From: Candidatus Caldarchaeum sp.
GTDB lineage: Archaea > Thermoproteota > Nitrososphaeria_A > Caldarchaeales > Caldarchaeaceae
Assembly (NCBI GenBank): GCA_038831915.1
Contig: JAWBKB010000002.1
Location: 4,964-68,963 of the forward strand
Length of the DNA stretch: 64,000 nucleotides
Reading direction: 5' to 3'
Part shown: piece by piece, positions 26,476 through 36,179 of the stretch
Position numbering within the stretch: the stretch's first letter is position 1
How the letters are laid out: every line of letters starts with the position of its first letter
The notes under the pieces: generated by a model
Told to the model about the DNA's origin: nothing
The model's input: only the letters and a program-made list of their open reading frames with translations
Database searches by the model: none
Program-made: the position numbers and the translations under genes

Positions 26476-28719
26476 TTAACGGGCCCAGAGAGGATTCTTC
26501 TTACGCATAATTTCCGTAAATTCCTCAAGTGCCTGTAACCCCGTAGGGTCGAGCATCGAAGAATAATTCTTAAGAAGCTGACGAGCATCTCTTTCAGAAA
26601 GCCCTACGTAAAGAATTTCGTCTCCGTGAATGTTCCGTCCCACAACCCCGTCTTTTATCGACACGGCGACTTTCGCGCCCGCCTTTGCAAGCGATACTGG
26701 CTGGCCTCTGTCCTGAATCTGCGATAAAACCCCCACAACCTTACCCACAGAATTGACGAGGCTAATTCCAGGCTTGATTTCACCCGCCAAAACTTCAACA
26801 CCGACTATCGCTGGCTCACTTCTCCTAAAGATAAAGTCCTTCAAAATCTTGATTTTGCCCGGCTTCGTCAAAGATTCGAATTCAGCCAACTGTTTGGCAC
26901 GGGTTGTTTCCTCAACCCATGATTGGTAATCCTCCACAAGCCTGAAAAGGACGTCGTTTTTAAACACACGTATTCCTCTCGACGCGGCTTCGCGTTCCAC
27001 TTCCGGGTCTATGTCTACGCCGTAGGCGAGAATAACTCCGAGCAGTTCATCTTTCTGCCGTACAACATGAGCTTCCACGATGTCTTTCTTCGAGACGTCC
27101 CCCACATCGGCGACTCTGATTAGAACTCCCTTTTCTCTCAGATATTGGACGGCCGCCTCCAACGTGCCCAGTGCATCGGCCTTCACCACGACACCGATTT
27201 TGTCAGTTGAAAGAACGAATTCAGTGGTTTCTTCAGACAATTTGCGTAAATCTTCAACCTCGTTTCGTACTTGCAGCACAGGGGAGCCTGCTATTGCTTC
27301 TTCAAGGCCTTCGGCGACAAGTTTCACACCCGCCGCGGCGCGTATTTCATCCACGTTTTTCAATTGGTCTTTTGGGTCGCGTATTTCTTCGAGAGGTTTC
27401 GGCATTAGCAAGGCCTTAATTTTTGAAATCGTGGGCCCTTTTTTGCTAAGAAAAGCTATGCGGTCTCCAACTCTCAGAAATCCGCTGTGAACCAAGACGT
27501 TCGCAGTAGCTCCGAGTCCTTCCTCTTCGACGATTTCAAGAATGACCGCTGCACCTCTGTCTTCTTTTCGCACGAGCTGTTTTTTCATGAATTGTTGTGC
27601 AAGTCCGAGAAGAAGAAGTAGCAGGTCTGGAATACCTTCGCCTGTTTTTGCGCTTACAGGAACGATTGCGACAGTGTCGGCGAAAGATCGAATGCGGGTG
27701 TAGAGGTCTGATTTGAAGCCGAGGAAGCTTAGGTCGCCGATAAGGTTGTAGATTCGGTTGTCAAGGTCTTCTGCGACGGCTTTCTGCTGCATGCTGTAGG
27801 TTTTCGTGAACGGAGCGTTGTTTAATGGTTTCCATCCGTTTATCATGTCGATTTTGTTGGCAGCCACGATGAATGGGGTTTTGCGAGATCGTAGAAGTTG
27901 GATGCTCTCCTTGGTTTGTTCCTGCACGCCTTTCATGATGTCGACAACGAGAATCGCCATGTCCGCCACCGAACCACCTCGGCGGCGCAAATTGGAAAAA
28001 GCAGCGTGACCCGGGGTGTCGATGAAAAGCAATCCTGGGATTTCCAGCTTCACTTTAAGCTCTCCAAGCAACAGTTTGCACGTCTCTTCAACAGCCTTGA
28101 CTGGGAAAATCGTGGCTCCAATGTGCTGCGTAATTCCTCCTGCTTCACGTGAAGCTACCAAGGTTCCACGCATTTTATCCAACAGAGAAGTGTTGTGAAG
28201 AAAAACGTCGTGCGCAAGAAAATGATGACTCGGGGGAACGGTGAAATCATAAACCCATTCATAATTAGGGCGGATTATCTCGATTTGTTCGACCTTTTTC
28301 ACGGTGAATTGTTTGTTGTTTGCGGCGAGAACTCTGTCACCCGGCGAAAGGCTACTCGCACGCGATGGTACGAAAACTCCGTTAGGTCTACCAACTAAGT
28401 AAGGGTGTTCAGGTGTTGTTTCGATTTCATCACCACCGGAAACATTGATTCGTGTCATGTTTCGAGGAGCTTTTCGCCGCCAAAGCAAAACCGCCGGGGA
28501 GTAACTCGACGTATCTAAGCCGAGTAGCTGAGGTGGTGTTTTTGGCTGGACAACGACACCATCAGGAATTTTCTTGTAAGGACTTTGGTGCGAAAATTTT
28601 TTGAAAACTTCGGCCGCGGTATAGTCTCCGTTTTCAGTGGCAATTATTGTGCGTGGTGCGACGCATTTTCCGTGATCGACATGTCCAAGAACTACGACGA
28701 TGGGTTCTCTGTAGCTCAT
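26476..28719 (-). CDS. infB: Translation initiation factor aIF5B (IF-2) containing a P-loop mini-intein
   Basis: 747 aa. G1 motif is split: GHVDHGK-[CVAPR...VFLHN]-TSLLDKMRGTLVASREAGGITQHIGAT. The rest matches aIF5B G-domain, domains II-IV. Confidence 0.9.
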   Translation of the reverse strand: MSYREPIVVVLGHVDHGKCVAPRTIIATENGDYTAAEVFKKFSHQSPYKKIPDGVVVQPKTPPQLLGLDTSSYSPAVLLWRRKAPRNMTRINVSGGDEIETTPEHPYLVGRPNGVFVPSRASSLSPGDRVLAANNKQFTVKKVEQIEIIRPNYEWVYDFTVPPSHHFLAHDVFLHNTSLLDKMRGTLVASREAGGITQHIGATIFPVKAVEETCKLLLGELKVKLEIPGLLFIDTPGHAAFSNLRRRGGSVADMAILVVDIMKGVQEQTKESIQLLRSRKTPFIVAANKIDMINGWKPLNNAPFTKTYSMQQKAVAEDLDNRIYNLIGDLSFLGFKSDLYTRIRSFADTVAIVPVSAKTGEGIPDLLLLLLGLAQQFMKKQLVRKEDRGAAVILEIVEEEGLGATANVLVHSGFLRVGDRIAFLSKKGPTISKIKALLMPKPLEEIRDPKDQLKNVDEIRAAAGVKLVAEGLEEAIAGSPVLQVRNEVEDLRKLSEETTEFVLSTDKIGVVVKADALGTLEAAVQYLREKGVLIRVADVGDVSKKDIVEAHVVRQKDELLGVILAYGVDIDPEVEREAASRGIRVFKNDVLFRLVEDYQSWVEETTRAKQLAEFESLTKPGKIKILKDFIFRRSEPAIVGVEVLAGEIKPGISLVNSVGKVVGVLSQIQDRGQPVSLAKAGAKVAVSIKDGVVGRNIHGDEILYVGLSERDARQLLKNYSSMLDPTGLQALEEFTEIMRKKNPLWAR
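28192..28665 (-). mobile_element. Mini-intein (158 aa) inserted in the P-loop of aIF5B
   Basis: Begins with Cys right after GHVDHGK. Block B TTPEHP (T..H). C-terminal block ends VYDFTVPPSHHFLAHDVFLHN followed by +1 Thr. No homing-endonuclease domain (too short). Confidence 0.8.
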
Positions 28720-28763
28720 CTCCGGTCAGCAATGTTTTGCGTAAAACTAATAGTTATCCGCGG

Positions 28764-29759
28764 TTGCCTTATGTTGGTTTGGTCGTCGTTTTGGGCATCG
28801 AGTCGACAGCACATACCTTCGGAGTCGGGATCGTCGATTCGGACGGGAGAATCCTCGCTAATGTAATGAAGACATATAAACCCGTTTCGGGCGGCATACA
28901 TCCCCGGGAAGCATCCCAACATCATGCAGCATATGCAGCAGAAGCTGTTGCCGAAGCGTTCGAAATAGCGGGGATAAAGCCAAATGACATAGACGCTGTT
29001 GCGTTTTCACAGGGCCCTGGAATGGGGCCCTGCCTCAGAACTGGGGCGACTGTTGCGAGAACCATTTCGCTAAGCCTAGGTAAACCCTTAATAGGGGTTA
29101 ATCACGGCATCGCCCATATCGAAATCGGAAAACTAGTGACAAAATGTACGGACCCAGTAGTGCTTTATGTGGCGGGGGGAAACACGATGGTTGTTGCGCT
29201 CGTGGAGAAAAGATATCGGATTTTGGGAGAGACACTAGACATAGCGGCTGGAAATTGTCTCGACGCTTTCGGAATTACAGCAGGCATAGGACCGATGCCC
29301 GCCGCAGAAATTCAAGCATCAAAAGGTAGCAAGATTTACGAATTTCCTTACAAGGTCAAAGGAATGGATGTGTCTTTTTCTGGTATTTTGACAGCTGCTG
29401 AAAGACTGCTCAAAGGTGGTGCCGACTTGAGCGATGTATGTCTTTCGCTTACTGCAACTGTTTACAGCATGTTGACTGAAGTTACTGAAAGAGCTTTAGC
29501 CATGACGGGCAAACCTTCCCTACTCCTAGTCGGTGGCTTGGCTCGGAGTAGAAGGCTTTGCCAGATGCTAGAAACGATGTGCAGAGACCGAGATGTATCG
29601 TTTAACGTTGTTCCTCCCGAATACGCTGGTGACAACGGAGCCATGATAGCTTGGACGGGCTTGCTAATGCACAATTGTGGAGCTTTTCTAGATATCGACA
29701 AAAGCATGGTCAAGCCGAAGATGAGAGTTGACGAGGTAGAGGCATGCTGGAGTCTTTAG
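28764..29759 (+). CDS. kae1: tRNA N6-adenosine threonylcarbamoyltransferase Kae1 (KEOPS catalytic subunit)
   Basis: LGIESTAHTFGVGIV N-terminal motif and HxxH metal site (NHGIAHIE). Start uncertain (TTG at 28764 or 28779). The long ATG ORF from 28647 would overlap the divergent aIF5B. Confidence 0.85.
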   Translation: MPYVGLVVVLGIESTAHTFGVGIVDSDGRILANVMKTYKPVSGGIHPREASQHHAAYAAEAVAEAFEIAGIKPNDIDAVAFSQGPGMGPCLRTGATVARTISLSLGKPLIGVNHGIAHIEIGKLVTKCTDPVVLYVAGGNTMVVALVEKRYRILGETLDIAAGNCLDAFGITAGIGPMPAAEIQASKGSKIYEFPYKVKGMDVSFSGILTAAERLLKGGADLSDVCLSLTATVYSMLTEVTERALAMTGKPSLLLVGGLARSRRLCQMLETMCRDRDVSFNVVPPEYAGDNGAMIAWTGLLMHNCGAFLDIDKSMVKPKMRVDEVEACWSL

Positions 29760-30388
29760 ATTTCGTAGAGAAACGCGTCGTAAGAGTTGGTGCCGAGGCT
29801 GTCATAAAAGAAGCCACATGGAAAAATCTCAAGGTGATCATGAAACACCGCGTTCCCAAACGCTATCGGGAGGAATTAATTGATTTGAGAGTGAGGAGGA
29901 GCAGAACAATTCACGAAGCAAAAATGCTTCTCTATCTATCGGAGCATGGAGTACCTGTTCCGCTGCTTTTTTTCGTCGACCCCGTGGAAAACGTGATCTA
30001 CATGCAGTACATCGAAGGGTTGGAGCTCAGAAACCATCCTGAACCGATACAAAGGGCGGAAAAGCTCGGATTAATCGTTGGAAAAATGCACAGCCTCGAC
30101 GTGACACACGGAGACCTTACACTTTCAAACATCATCGCCGACCAAAAGGAGGGAGTTTGGCTGGTAGACTTCGGGCTAAGCCTCTTCAATTCAGATCTCG
30201 AAGAAAAAGCCATCGACATACATCTGCTCGAAAGGTCGGCTGCTAGCACTTTTCCGCAGCAAACTAGGAAATTTTTCTATAAATTCATGAATGCATACGC
30301 GACTTTCTGCGGCCAAGACACCGCACGCGAAGTACTAGAGAAGATGAAGGAAATCAGAAGCAGGGGAAGGTATGTTGTCCGAGGATGA
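29744..30388 (+). CDS. bud32: KEOPS kinase/ATPase Bud32
   Basis: 214 aa. Atypical small RIO-like kinase VGAEAVIK...HGDLTLSNII...DFGLS. 16-bp overlap with kae1. Confidence 0.8.
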   Translation: MLESLDFVEKRVVRVGAEAVIKEATWKNLKVIMKHRVPKRYREELIDLRVRRSRTIHEAKMLLYLSEHGVPVPLLFFVDPVENVIYMQYIEGLELRNHPEPIQRAEKLGLIVGKMHSLDVTHGDLTLSNIIADQKEGVWLVDFGLSLFNSDLEEKAIDIHLLERSAASTFPQQTRKFFYKFMNAYATFCGQDTAREVLEKMKEIRSRGRYVVRG

Positions 30389-30953
30389 GCTGACGTTCGT
30401 AACATCTAACAAACACAAAGCAGTCGAAGTTAGGGAAATTTTCCGTTCACATGGAGCACGATGCCAAGTACACTACATGAAAACAATTGAAATTCAGTCA
30501 AACGACATCGCTGAAATTGCCATATTCAGCTCATTTCAAGCCTATCAGTTATTGGGAAAACCGGTTTTTGTGGAAGACGCGGGCCTATTTGTCGATGCTC
30601 TTAATGGCTTTCCCGGCCCATATTCATCATATGTGTATCGAACCCTTGGGCTGGAAACGTTCCTCAAACTATTGAACAAAAGAAGAAATGCATTTTTTAA
30701 ATCAGTGGTTTGCGTTTACGGCTTGTCCCGAGCGCCTGTCATCTTTTCTGGCGTGGTCAAAGGCAGAATAGCGACGGAGGCCAGAGGTGAAGGTGGTTTT
30801 GGTTATGACCCCGTTTTCATCCCAGCCGGCTCGACTAAAACCTTGGCGGAAATGAGCGTCGCGGAAAAAAACAAATGGAGTCATCGTGCGAAAGCCGTGG
30901 AAAAGCTGCTGCGTTGGCTTTATAAAGACCGTAAGACGTTTCACACGAGGTAG
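30372..30953 (+). CDS. Non-canonical purine NTP pyrophosphatase (Ham1/ITPase)
   Basis: 193 aa. TSNKHKAVE...FVEDAGLFVDALNGFPGPYSSY...GFGYDPVFIP. Confidence 0.85.
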   Translation: MLSEDELTFVTSNKHKAVEVREIFRSHGARCQVHYMKTIEIQSNDIAEIAIFSSFQAYQLLGKPVFVEDAGLFVDALNGFPGPYSSYVYRTLGLETFLKLLNKRRNAFFKSVVCVYGLSRAPVIFSGVVKGRIATEARGEGGFGYDPVFIPAGSTKTLAEMSVAEKNKWSHRAKAVEKLLRWLYKDRKTFHTR

Positions 30954-30958
30954 TCCGC

Positions 30959-31393
30959 ATGGCCCGGATGCACGCTTCAAAACGTGGCAAATCAGGATCG
31001 ACAAGACCTTTGAGTAAAATACCTCCTTCATGGGTGAGGCTCACCGCTGAAGAAATTGAACCTCTCGTGGTCAAATACGCAAAAGAAGGGTTGCCGCCAA
31101 GCATGATAGGCGTTGTTCTCCGAGATCAACACGGAGTTCCTTTGATAAAGCCGATAACAGGCAAAACTGTTCTGCAAATTTTGGAAGAAAACAATCTGAA
31201 GCCGCTGATACCCGAAGATTTGTCAAACTTACTCGAGAAAATCCGGAGAATGAAGCTTCATCTCGAGAAACATAAATCGGACGGCCATAACATTCACAGG
31301 CTTCAGCTCGTCGAGTCAAAAGTCAGACGGCTTCTGAAATATTACAAGTCAAGAGGAGTTCTACCGCTCGAATACGACCCGCTTAAGGTCTGA
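30959..31393 (+). CDS. rps15: 30S ribosomal protein S15 (uS15/S13e)
   Basis: 144 aa. Archaeal S15/S13e signature HGVPLIKPITGK...HLEKHKSDGHNIHRLQLVESKVRRLLKYY. Confidence 0.85.
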   Translation: MARMHASKRGKSGSTRPLSKIPPSWVRLTAEEIEPLVVKYAKEGLPPSMIGVVLRDQHGVPLIKPITGKTVLQILEENNLKPLIPEDLSNLLEKIRRMKLHLEKHKSDGHNIHRLQLVESKVRRLLKYYKSRGVLPLEYDPLKV

Positions 31394-31397
31394 TCGC

Positions 31398-32864
31398 TTG
31401 ACTGATTTGGAAGCCGACCTGCAAAGTTTTCTGAGGACAGCCGAAAAAGCAGCGGAAAAAATCCGACAGTGGATTAACGAAGGAGAACACATAAACATCT
31501 TCACACATAACGACGCCGATGCTCTTTCATCTGCTGGAATCATCTGTGCCTCTCTACGCCGAGAAGACGGCTATTTCCGTGTCAGGTCTCTAAACAGAAT
31601 CGAAGACTTCATAGAACTTTATCAAAACGGTTACGTCGAATCTCGATGCATAATCTTTACAGACATGGGAAGTGGTAGCCTACCAGACCTTGTTTCACTT
31701 CTGGGCGATAGGTCTGTCGTGGTGTTAGACCATCACGAGCCACATGAAACAGAGCTTGCACCCGAATGGAGACATGTAAACCCTCATCTCCACGGATTTG
31801 ATGGTGCACGTGAAATCAGCGCCGCTGGAGTAACTTATTTCGTCTGCAAGGCATTGAACAGGGGGAACATCGAGTTTTCACCGCTTGCAGTTGTCGGAGC
31901 CTTAGGAGATTTGCAAGACAAAAACTCTGAAAGAAAGCTCCATGGATTGAACGAATTGATAGTCAAAGAAGCTGTAGAGAAGAACCTCATCGAGGTGAAA
32001 GACGACATCATCTTGTATGGTCGCACTTTCCGGCCACTGCATTTGGCGCTAGCTTCCACCACCAGCCCCTACATACCAGGAATCAGCGGAAACGAACAAA
32101 CGGCCTACCAATTTCTATCATCGCTCGAAATACCTCTGAAGAAAGGTTCAGAATGGAGAACGTTAGCAGATTTGACCGATGAAGAGAAGAAAAAATTGTA
32201 CAACGGCATGATTGAGTATTTGGTAGCGAAAGGCCTGCCTTCAACCATTGCCGATGAGCTCGTCGGCAAAACATATGATTTGGTCAACGAACCGGTTTGG
32301 ACTTACCTAAGGGATGCGAGGGAATACGCAACGCTGCTCAACGCATGTGGTAAATCTGGAAAAGGATGGCTTGGAATTTTGGTCGCGATGGGTGCGAGGG
32401 CGGAGATTTTGGACGAGGCGCAGAAAGTTTTGGAGGATTATCGGATGAGTTTAGCGAAAGCCATGGATTACATATCTCAGCCGGGTGTGCTCGAAGAGCT
32501 TAACCACATCGTCGTTCTTAAAGGGGGCGATGTAATTGACTTTCGCCAAGTCAGCTCTATTGCTTCCGTTCTTTCATCTTCAGGCCTTTTGCCAAAGGAT
32601 AAAGCTCTCGTCGCCTTGGCTAATGCAGGCAAACTCGTAAAGATTTCAGCCCGTGCATCGAAACAGCTAGTCGACCGTGGTCTAAACTTGGGCGCCATAA
32701 CTTCGAAGCTGGGTGCGGCATACGGCGGACGAGGAGGAGGACACAACATTGCGGCAGGAGCTGAAATTCCCTCAGACAGAATGATCAAATTTCTAGCAGA
32801 CTTCGACAAAGCAGTAGGTGAACAGCTTGCAGCATCCGATAATCAAATCGTCGATAGAAATTAG
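31398..32864 (+). CDS. DHH-family phosphoesterase, RecJ-like (archaeal GAN/Cdc45 homolog)
   Basis: 488 aa. DHH motifs (IFTHNDADALSSAG, VVLDHHEP) and DHHA1-like C-terminus GGGHNIAAGAEIP. Conserved position downstream of S15. Confidence 0.75.
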   Translation: MTDLEADLQSFLRTAEKAAEKIRQWINEGEHINIFTHNDADALSSAGIICASLRREDGYFRVRSLNRIEDFIELYQNGYVESRCIIFTDMGSGSLPDLVSLLGDRSVVVLDHHEPHETELAPEWRHVNPHLHGFDGAREISAAGVTYFVCKALNRGNIEFSPLAVVGALGDLQDKNSERKLHGLNELIVKEAVEKNLIEVKDDIILYGRTFRPLHLALASTTSPYIPGISGNEQTAYQFLSSLEIPLKKGSEWRTLADLTDEEKKKLYNGMIEYLVAKGLPSTIADELVGKTYDLVNEPVWTYLRDAREYATLLNACGKSGKGWLGILVAMGARAEILDEAQKVLEDYRMSLAKAMDYISQPGVLEELNHIVVLKGGDVIDFRQVSSIASVLSSSGLLPKDKALVALANAGKLVKISARASKQLVDRGLNLGAITSKLGAAYGGRGGGHNIAAGAEIPSDRMIKFLADFDKAVGEQLAASDNQIVDRN

Positions 32865-33099
32865 GCTCAGAACAGCTGAGGAGGCCGAGGTGGTTTCAAG
32901 GGCGTTGAAGCCCGACGATAAACCGGTTCCACCCGGGCTTGAAGTCGAAACAAAACAGCTCGACAACACAGTGGTGGTAGAAATTTTCTGCAGCAGAGGA
33001 TTTGCATCATTTCTCGCGACCGTTGACGACGTGCTGAGGATGGCCGCTGCCTCCGAAAAAGTGCTGCAAAGCATTTCTCCCAAACATAGAGATATATAG
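32818..33099 (+). CDS. pcc1: KEOPS subunit Pcc1
   Basis: About 90 aa. EEAEVVSRALKPDD...TVVVEIFCSRGFASFLATVDDVLRMAAASEKV is typical of Pcc1. Start uncertain (overlaps the RecJ-like 3' end). Confidence 0.6.
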   Translation: MNSLQHPIIKSSIEIRLRTAEEAEVVSRALKPDDKPVPPGLEVETKQLDNTVVVEIFCSRGFASFLATVDDVLRMAAASEKVLQSISPKHRDI

Positions 33100-33123
33100 A
33101 GACGTCGCACATCACAAACAGAG

Positions 33124-33729
33124 TTGTCGAGGAAATCATCCGAACAAAAGAAACCGAAAAAGACGTATGAAATCTATTCACCTCCCTATTTCGGAGGAAG
33201 ATGGCTCGGCACGACGACAGCTGACGAAGACCAAAAACTCATAGGCAGAGTTTTAAGAACCAGTCTCTACGCCTTGACAGATGACTTCTCAAAGCAGTAC
33301 ATGCAGCTCAAATTTAGGATATACGAGGTCAAGGACAGCATCTGCAACACGATTTTCTACGGACACGAATATGGACGAGAATATCTGAGAAGCCTCGTCA
33401 AGCGGGGAACGAACAAAATTGAATACATTTTCGACGTTACGACGAAAGACGGCTTCGTAATACGTGTTTATCCGGTGGTTTTCACTTCTTCGCGAATTTC
33501 GACCGCGAAGAAAAAAGCAATCAGAAAGATCATGAGGCAGGTTTTGGAAGAAGCCGCTGCCAACCTCACCCACGACCAGCTCGCTCAAGAGATGGTAGTT
33601 GGGAAAACGGCCTCAGACATTTACAACTTGGTTAAGAAGATTGTCCTGCCTCGACACGTCGGAATCTACAAGAGCAAGATTATCAAAATCGGGCAGATAC
33701 CCGTCGCTGCAGCTGCTCCACAAGGGTAG
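33124..33729 (+). CDS. rps3ae: 30S ribosomal protein S3Ae (eS1)
   Basis: 201 aa. YEIYSPPYFGG...LIGRVLRTSLYALTDD... matches the S3Ae family. Confidence 0.85.
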   Translation: MSRKSSEQKKPKKTYEIYSPPYFGGRWLGTTTADEDQKLIGRVLRTSLYALTDDFSKQYMQLKFRIYEVKDSICNTIFYGHEYGREYLRSLVKRGTNKIEYIFDVTTKDGFVIRVYPVVFTSSRISTAKKKAIRKIMRQVLEEAAANLTHDQLAQEMVVGKTASDIYNLVKKIVLPRHVGIYKSKIIKIGQIPVAAAAPQG

Positions 33730-33737
33730 CGAATCCC

Positions 33738-34067
33738 TTGGAAATTGACATGGAAGAATTCCGCAGAAAATTTCCGGCGCTGTACCATGAATTGGTCGAG
33801 GCGAAAATGAGCCTGAGAATTTCCGGGGTGCGGAGCGACGGAAAGTTGGCGGAAAAAGAGGCCAGCTCAAAAACCCCCACCGTCATCGATTATCTTCGGA
33901 GATGCGATACCGACGAACAGGGCCGTGAAGTGATACAGTATCTTGTTAAGCAGGGAGAAATTTCAACCGAAACAGCCGAAACGCTTCTCAAACAACTTGA
34001 CAAAAAAGGAATTCGAAGCTTTGGCTCGCGTAGATATCCGGGCCATTATTGTCGGGAAGGGCTTTAA
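33738..34067 (+). CDS. Hypothetical small protein (conserved archaeal, function unknown)
   Basis: 109-aa ORF in the ribosomal-protein neighbourhood. No recognizable motif. Confidence 0.3.
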   Translation: MEIDMEEFRRKFPALYHELVEAKMSLRISGVRSDGKLAEKEASSKTPTVIDYLRRCDTDEQGREVIQYLVKQGEISTETAETLLKQLDKKGIRSFGSRRYPGHYCREGL

Positions 34068-35272
34068 CCTCTTTTCTTAGCTGAAACTATTGAAACAACG
34101 TCGTTGGGTTTGAGTGGTTGATTTTCTGCAAAACGCATGCCGGTGAGGGCATCGACAGCATACAAAAACCCTTCGCCAAGCTCCGAGTGAATTTTAAACG
34201 CTAAATCCCTCGCGGTTGAATTTCGCGGCATCAAATAAACGTCGGGCAACACGTTTCCCTCGTGATCTGTCAAGGTGTGCGGGTTTTCCACCGGATAAAC
34301 CGGGATGTAGCCAAGTTTTTCGAGATAAGCCTTGTTGATCAACGTCTGTACTCCTGTTCCGTTCCATTTTTTGAAGACGTTTTCGCGAATGTATTCGAGA
34401 GCTTTTCTCTGTGCGGGTGTTAGCTTTGATTCGTCGGTGACTGTGAAGCTGCTGTCACCGGGCATGTACTTTACAAGTTGTTTGGCGGCTGCGAGACGGA
34501 GAGTTCTTTCTGCTTCCGCTGAAATTGCAACGACTTCATATCCTTTCATTCTTATTTTTTCGACATTTTGCTCCGAACCAGGGATGTCTGTTTTGTTTGC
34601 GGCTACGATGACCGGTTTAGTCATCGAACGTATTTTTGAGGCCAGTGCACGTAAGTCAGCTGGAGACCATCCAGTAGGCCTAGATTTATCAAGACGAGCC
34701 GTTGATATTGCTTCTGTGACATGGTCTTCAGACACACCTAATCCTGAAAGTTTTTTCGCGATTTCCTCCGTTAAAGAAACTTGTTTAGCTTCTGCTGCTC
34801 TCGAAATACGGGTCCAGTCGCGGCTGATTATTTCCGCCATCCAAGCGTCTATTTCGTCTATCACCATTTCCACATCTTCAACCGGGTCATGGCTAAACGG
34901 CTCGGCTGGAGTTCCGTCAGCGAGAGTAGCTCCCGACGCATCGGCCACAATTATAAGAAGGGAGGCTTGCCTGATTTCGTCGAGAAATTTGAGACCAAGG
35001 CCTTTTCCTTTATGAGCGTTCTTGATTATACCTGGGCAGTCGATTATCTGTATAGGGACAAGTCGAACGCCGTCGATACACAAAGAGTTTTTAGGATTGT
35101 CTTTTACTCCGAGCTTTCTGCATATGCATGGGATACGGACGTAAGTAACTCCCACGTTGGTTTTCGTGGTAGTAAAAGGGTAGTTGGCGATTTCGACGTT
35201 TACGAGGCTGAGTGCTGAGAAAAGTGTGCTTTTTCCGACGTTTGGCTTACCTACGATTCCAGCTATTTCCAT
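34064..35272 (-). CDS. Obg-family GTPase, YchF/OLA1-like
   Basis: 402 aa. G1 IVGKPNVGKSTLFSAL, YPFTT, DxxG, NKTD; C-terminal TGS-like domain. Confidence 0.75.
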   Translation of the reverse strand: MEIAGIVGKPNVGKSTLFSALSLVNVEIANYPFTTTKTNVGVTYVRIPCICRKLGVKDNPKNSLCIDGVRLVPIQIIDCPGIIKNAHKGKGLGLKFLDEIRQASLLIIVADASGATLADGTPAEPFSHDPVEDVEMVIDEIDAWMAEIISRDWTRISRAAEAKQVSLTEEIAKKLSGLGVSEDHVTEAISTARLDKSRPTGWSPADLRALASKIRSMTKPVIVAANKTDIPGSEQNVEKIRMKGYEVVAISAEAERTLRLAAAKQLVKYMPGDSSFTVTDESKLTPAQRKALEYIRENVFKKWNGTGVQTLINKAYLEKLGYIPVYPVENPHTLTDHEGNVLPDVYLMPRNSTARDLAFKIHSELGEGFLYAVDALTGMRFAENQPLKPNDVVSIVSAKKRG

Positions 35273-35276
35273 AGTT

Positions 35277-35723
35277 TCAGATGTTCACCGCGGGATGATG
35301 CGGGTCGACGGCGACAACCTCATACCATCTGTATAGGGAATCTTGTGCGAGTGAATAAGCGCCAAGCGGGCGCAGGTTGGGAAAATGCTTGCGAACTTTG
35401 TTGATTGCCTCTTCTTTCATCGAAACATTTATCTTGTGTCGCACAACACCCAGAGCTTTCTGCCGCCTTCCAGACCGCGGCCTCGGCTTGCTGAACCCAC
35501 CTCGACGAACACGAACACGAATAACAACGTATCCCTGCTTCTCCTTGTATCCCAATGCCCGTGCGCGGTCAAGTCGGAGAGGCTTCTCCACACGTACCAC
35601 CGACTTTTGTCTTCGCCATTCGACCATCCTCTTACGCATGAGAGCTCGGAGCATCTCAGGCCTTTCACGCCAGAGCTGTCCCAGAAGCTTATACACTGAA
35701 GTCATCCTATTCCTTTCGGACAA
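35277..35723 (-). CDS. rpl15e: 50S ribosomal protein L15e
   Basis: 148 aa. WRRQKSVVRVEKPLRLDRARALGYKEKQGYVVIRVRVRRGG...FPNLRPLGAYSLAQD...AVDPHHPAV matches L15e. Confidence 0.8.
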   Translation of the reverse strand: MSERNRMTSVYKLLGQLWRERPEMLRALMRKRMVEWRRQKSVVRVEKPLRLDRARALGYKEKQGYVVIRVRVRRGGFSKPRPRSGRRQKALGVVRHKINVSMKEEAINKVRKHFPNLRPLGAYSLAQDSLYRWYEVVAVDPHHPAVNI

Positions 35724-35777
35724 AGCTTGTTCTTAAACTTGAAAACCTATTAACGCGAACGCCTCCTTCAATGCAGG

Positions 35778-36179
35778 ATGTTTAAGCTCCAGAAACTCGT
35801 CTGCAGGGCTCATGCATACGTAACAGAAGACTTTGAAAAAGTGAAGGCAGCGGTAGCTAACGTGCTTCAGAACACGAATTTTTCGGCGAAAAAGTTTCTG
35901 CTGGAAGGCCATTTCGGCGACCCGATAACTGTGTACGAATGCTTGCTAAACGACGAAGAAGATGTTATCGAGGTGTTTCGGAAAGTAGTTGGCTCGGTCG
36001 GTTTGAGCTCAGTAGGAATAGAGGAGAAACAAAGCTCGGGTGGAAAAATTCATATACGCATCGACAAGCAGAAAGCATTTCTTGGCGAGTTTGAAGCCGA
36101 AGACGTTGACCCGATAAAACTCGAATTCAGCTACGTTGGAGATTGGAGAGAAGCCGAAAAATGGTTAAGAAGTTTGTAG
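35778..36179 (+). CDS. Conserved archaeal protein, possibly COG1325/DUF54 (exosome-superoperon-associated)
   Basis: 133-aa ORF directly upstream of RNase P subunit genes. Assignment by context and size only. Confidence 0.35.
   Translation: MFKLQKLVCRAHAYVTEDFEKVKAAVANVLQNTNFSAKKFLLEGHFGDPITVYECLLNDEEDVIEVFRKVVGSVGLSSVGIEEKQSSGGKIHIRIDKQKAFLGEFEAEDVDPIKLEFSYVGDWREAEKWLRSL

Noticed and set aside
27080-27490. 136-aa and 82-aa plus-strand ORFs
   Set aside because: Antisense shadow ORFs inside the aIF5B gene.
28647-28763. Upstream ATG extension of kae1 (MCVVRRIFRDRHVQ...)
   Set aside because: The extension overlaps the divergent aIF5B N-terminus and has no Kae1 similarity. A TTG start just before the LGIESTAHT motif is more plausible.
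35385-35736. Two overlapping plus-strand ORFs of about 104-119 aa with Thr/Asn-rich translation
   Set aside because: Antisense to the L15e gene. Low-complexity.
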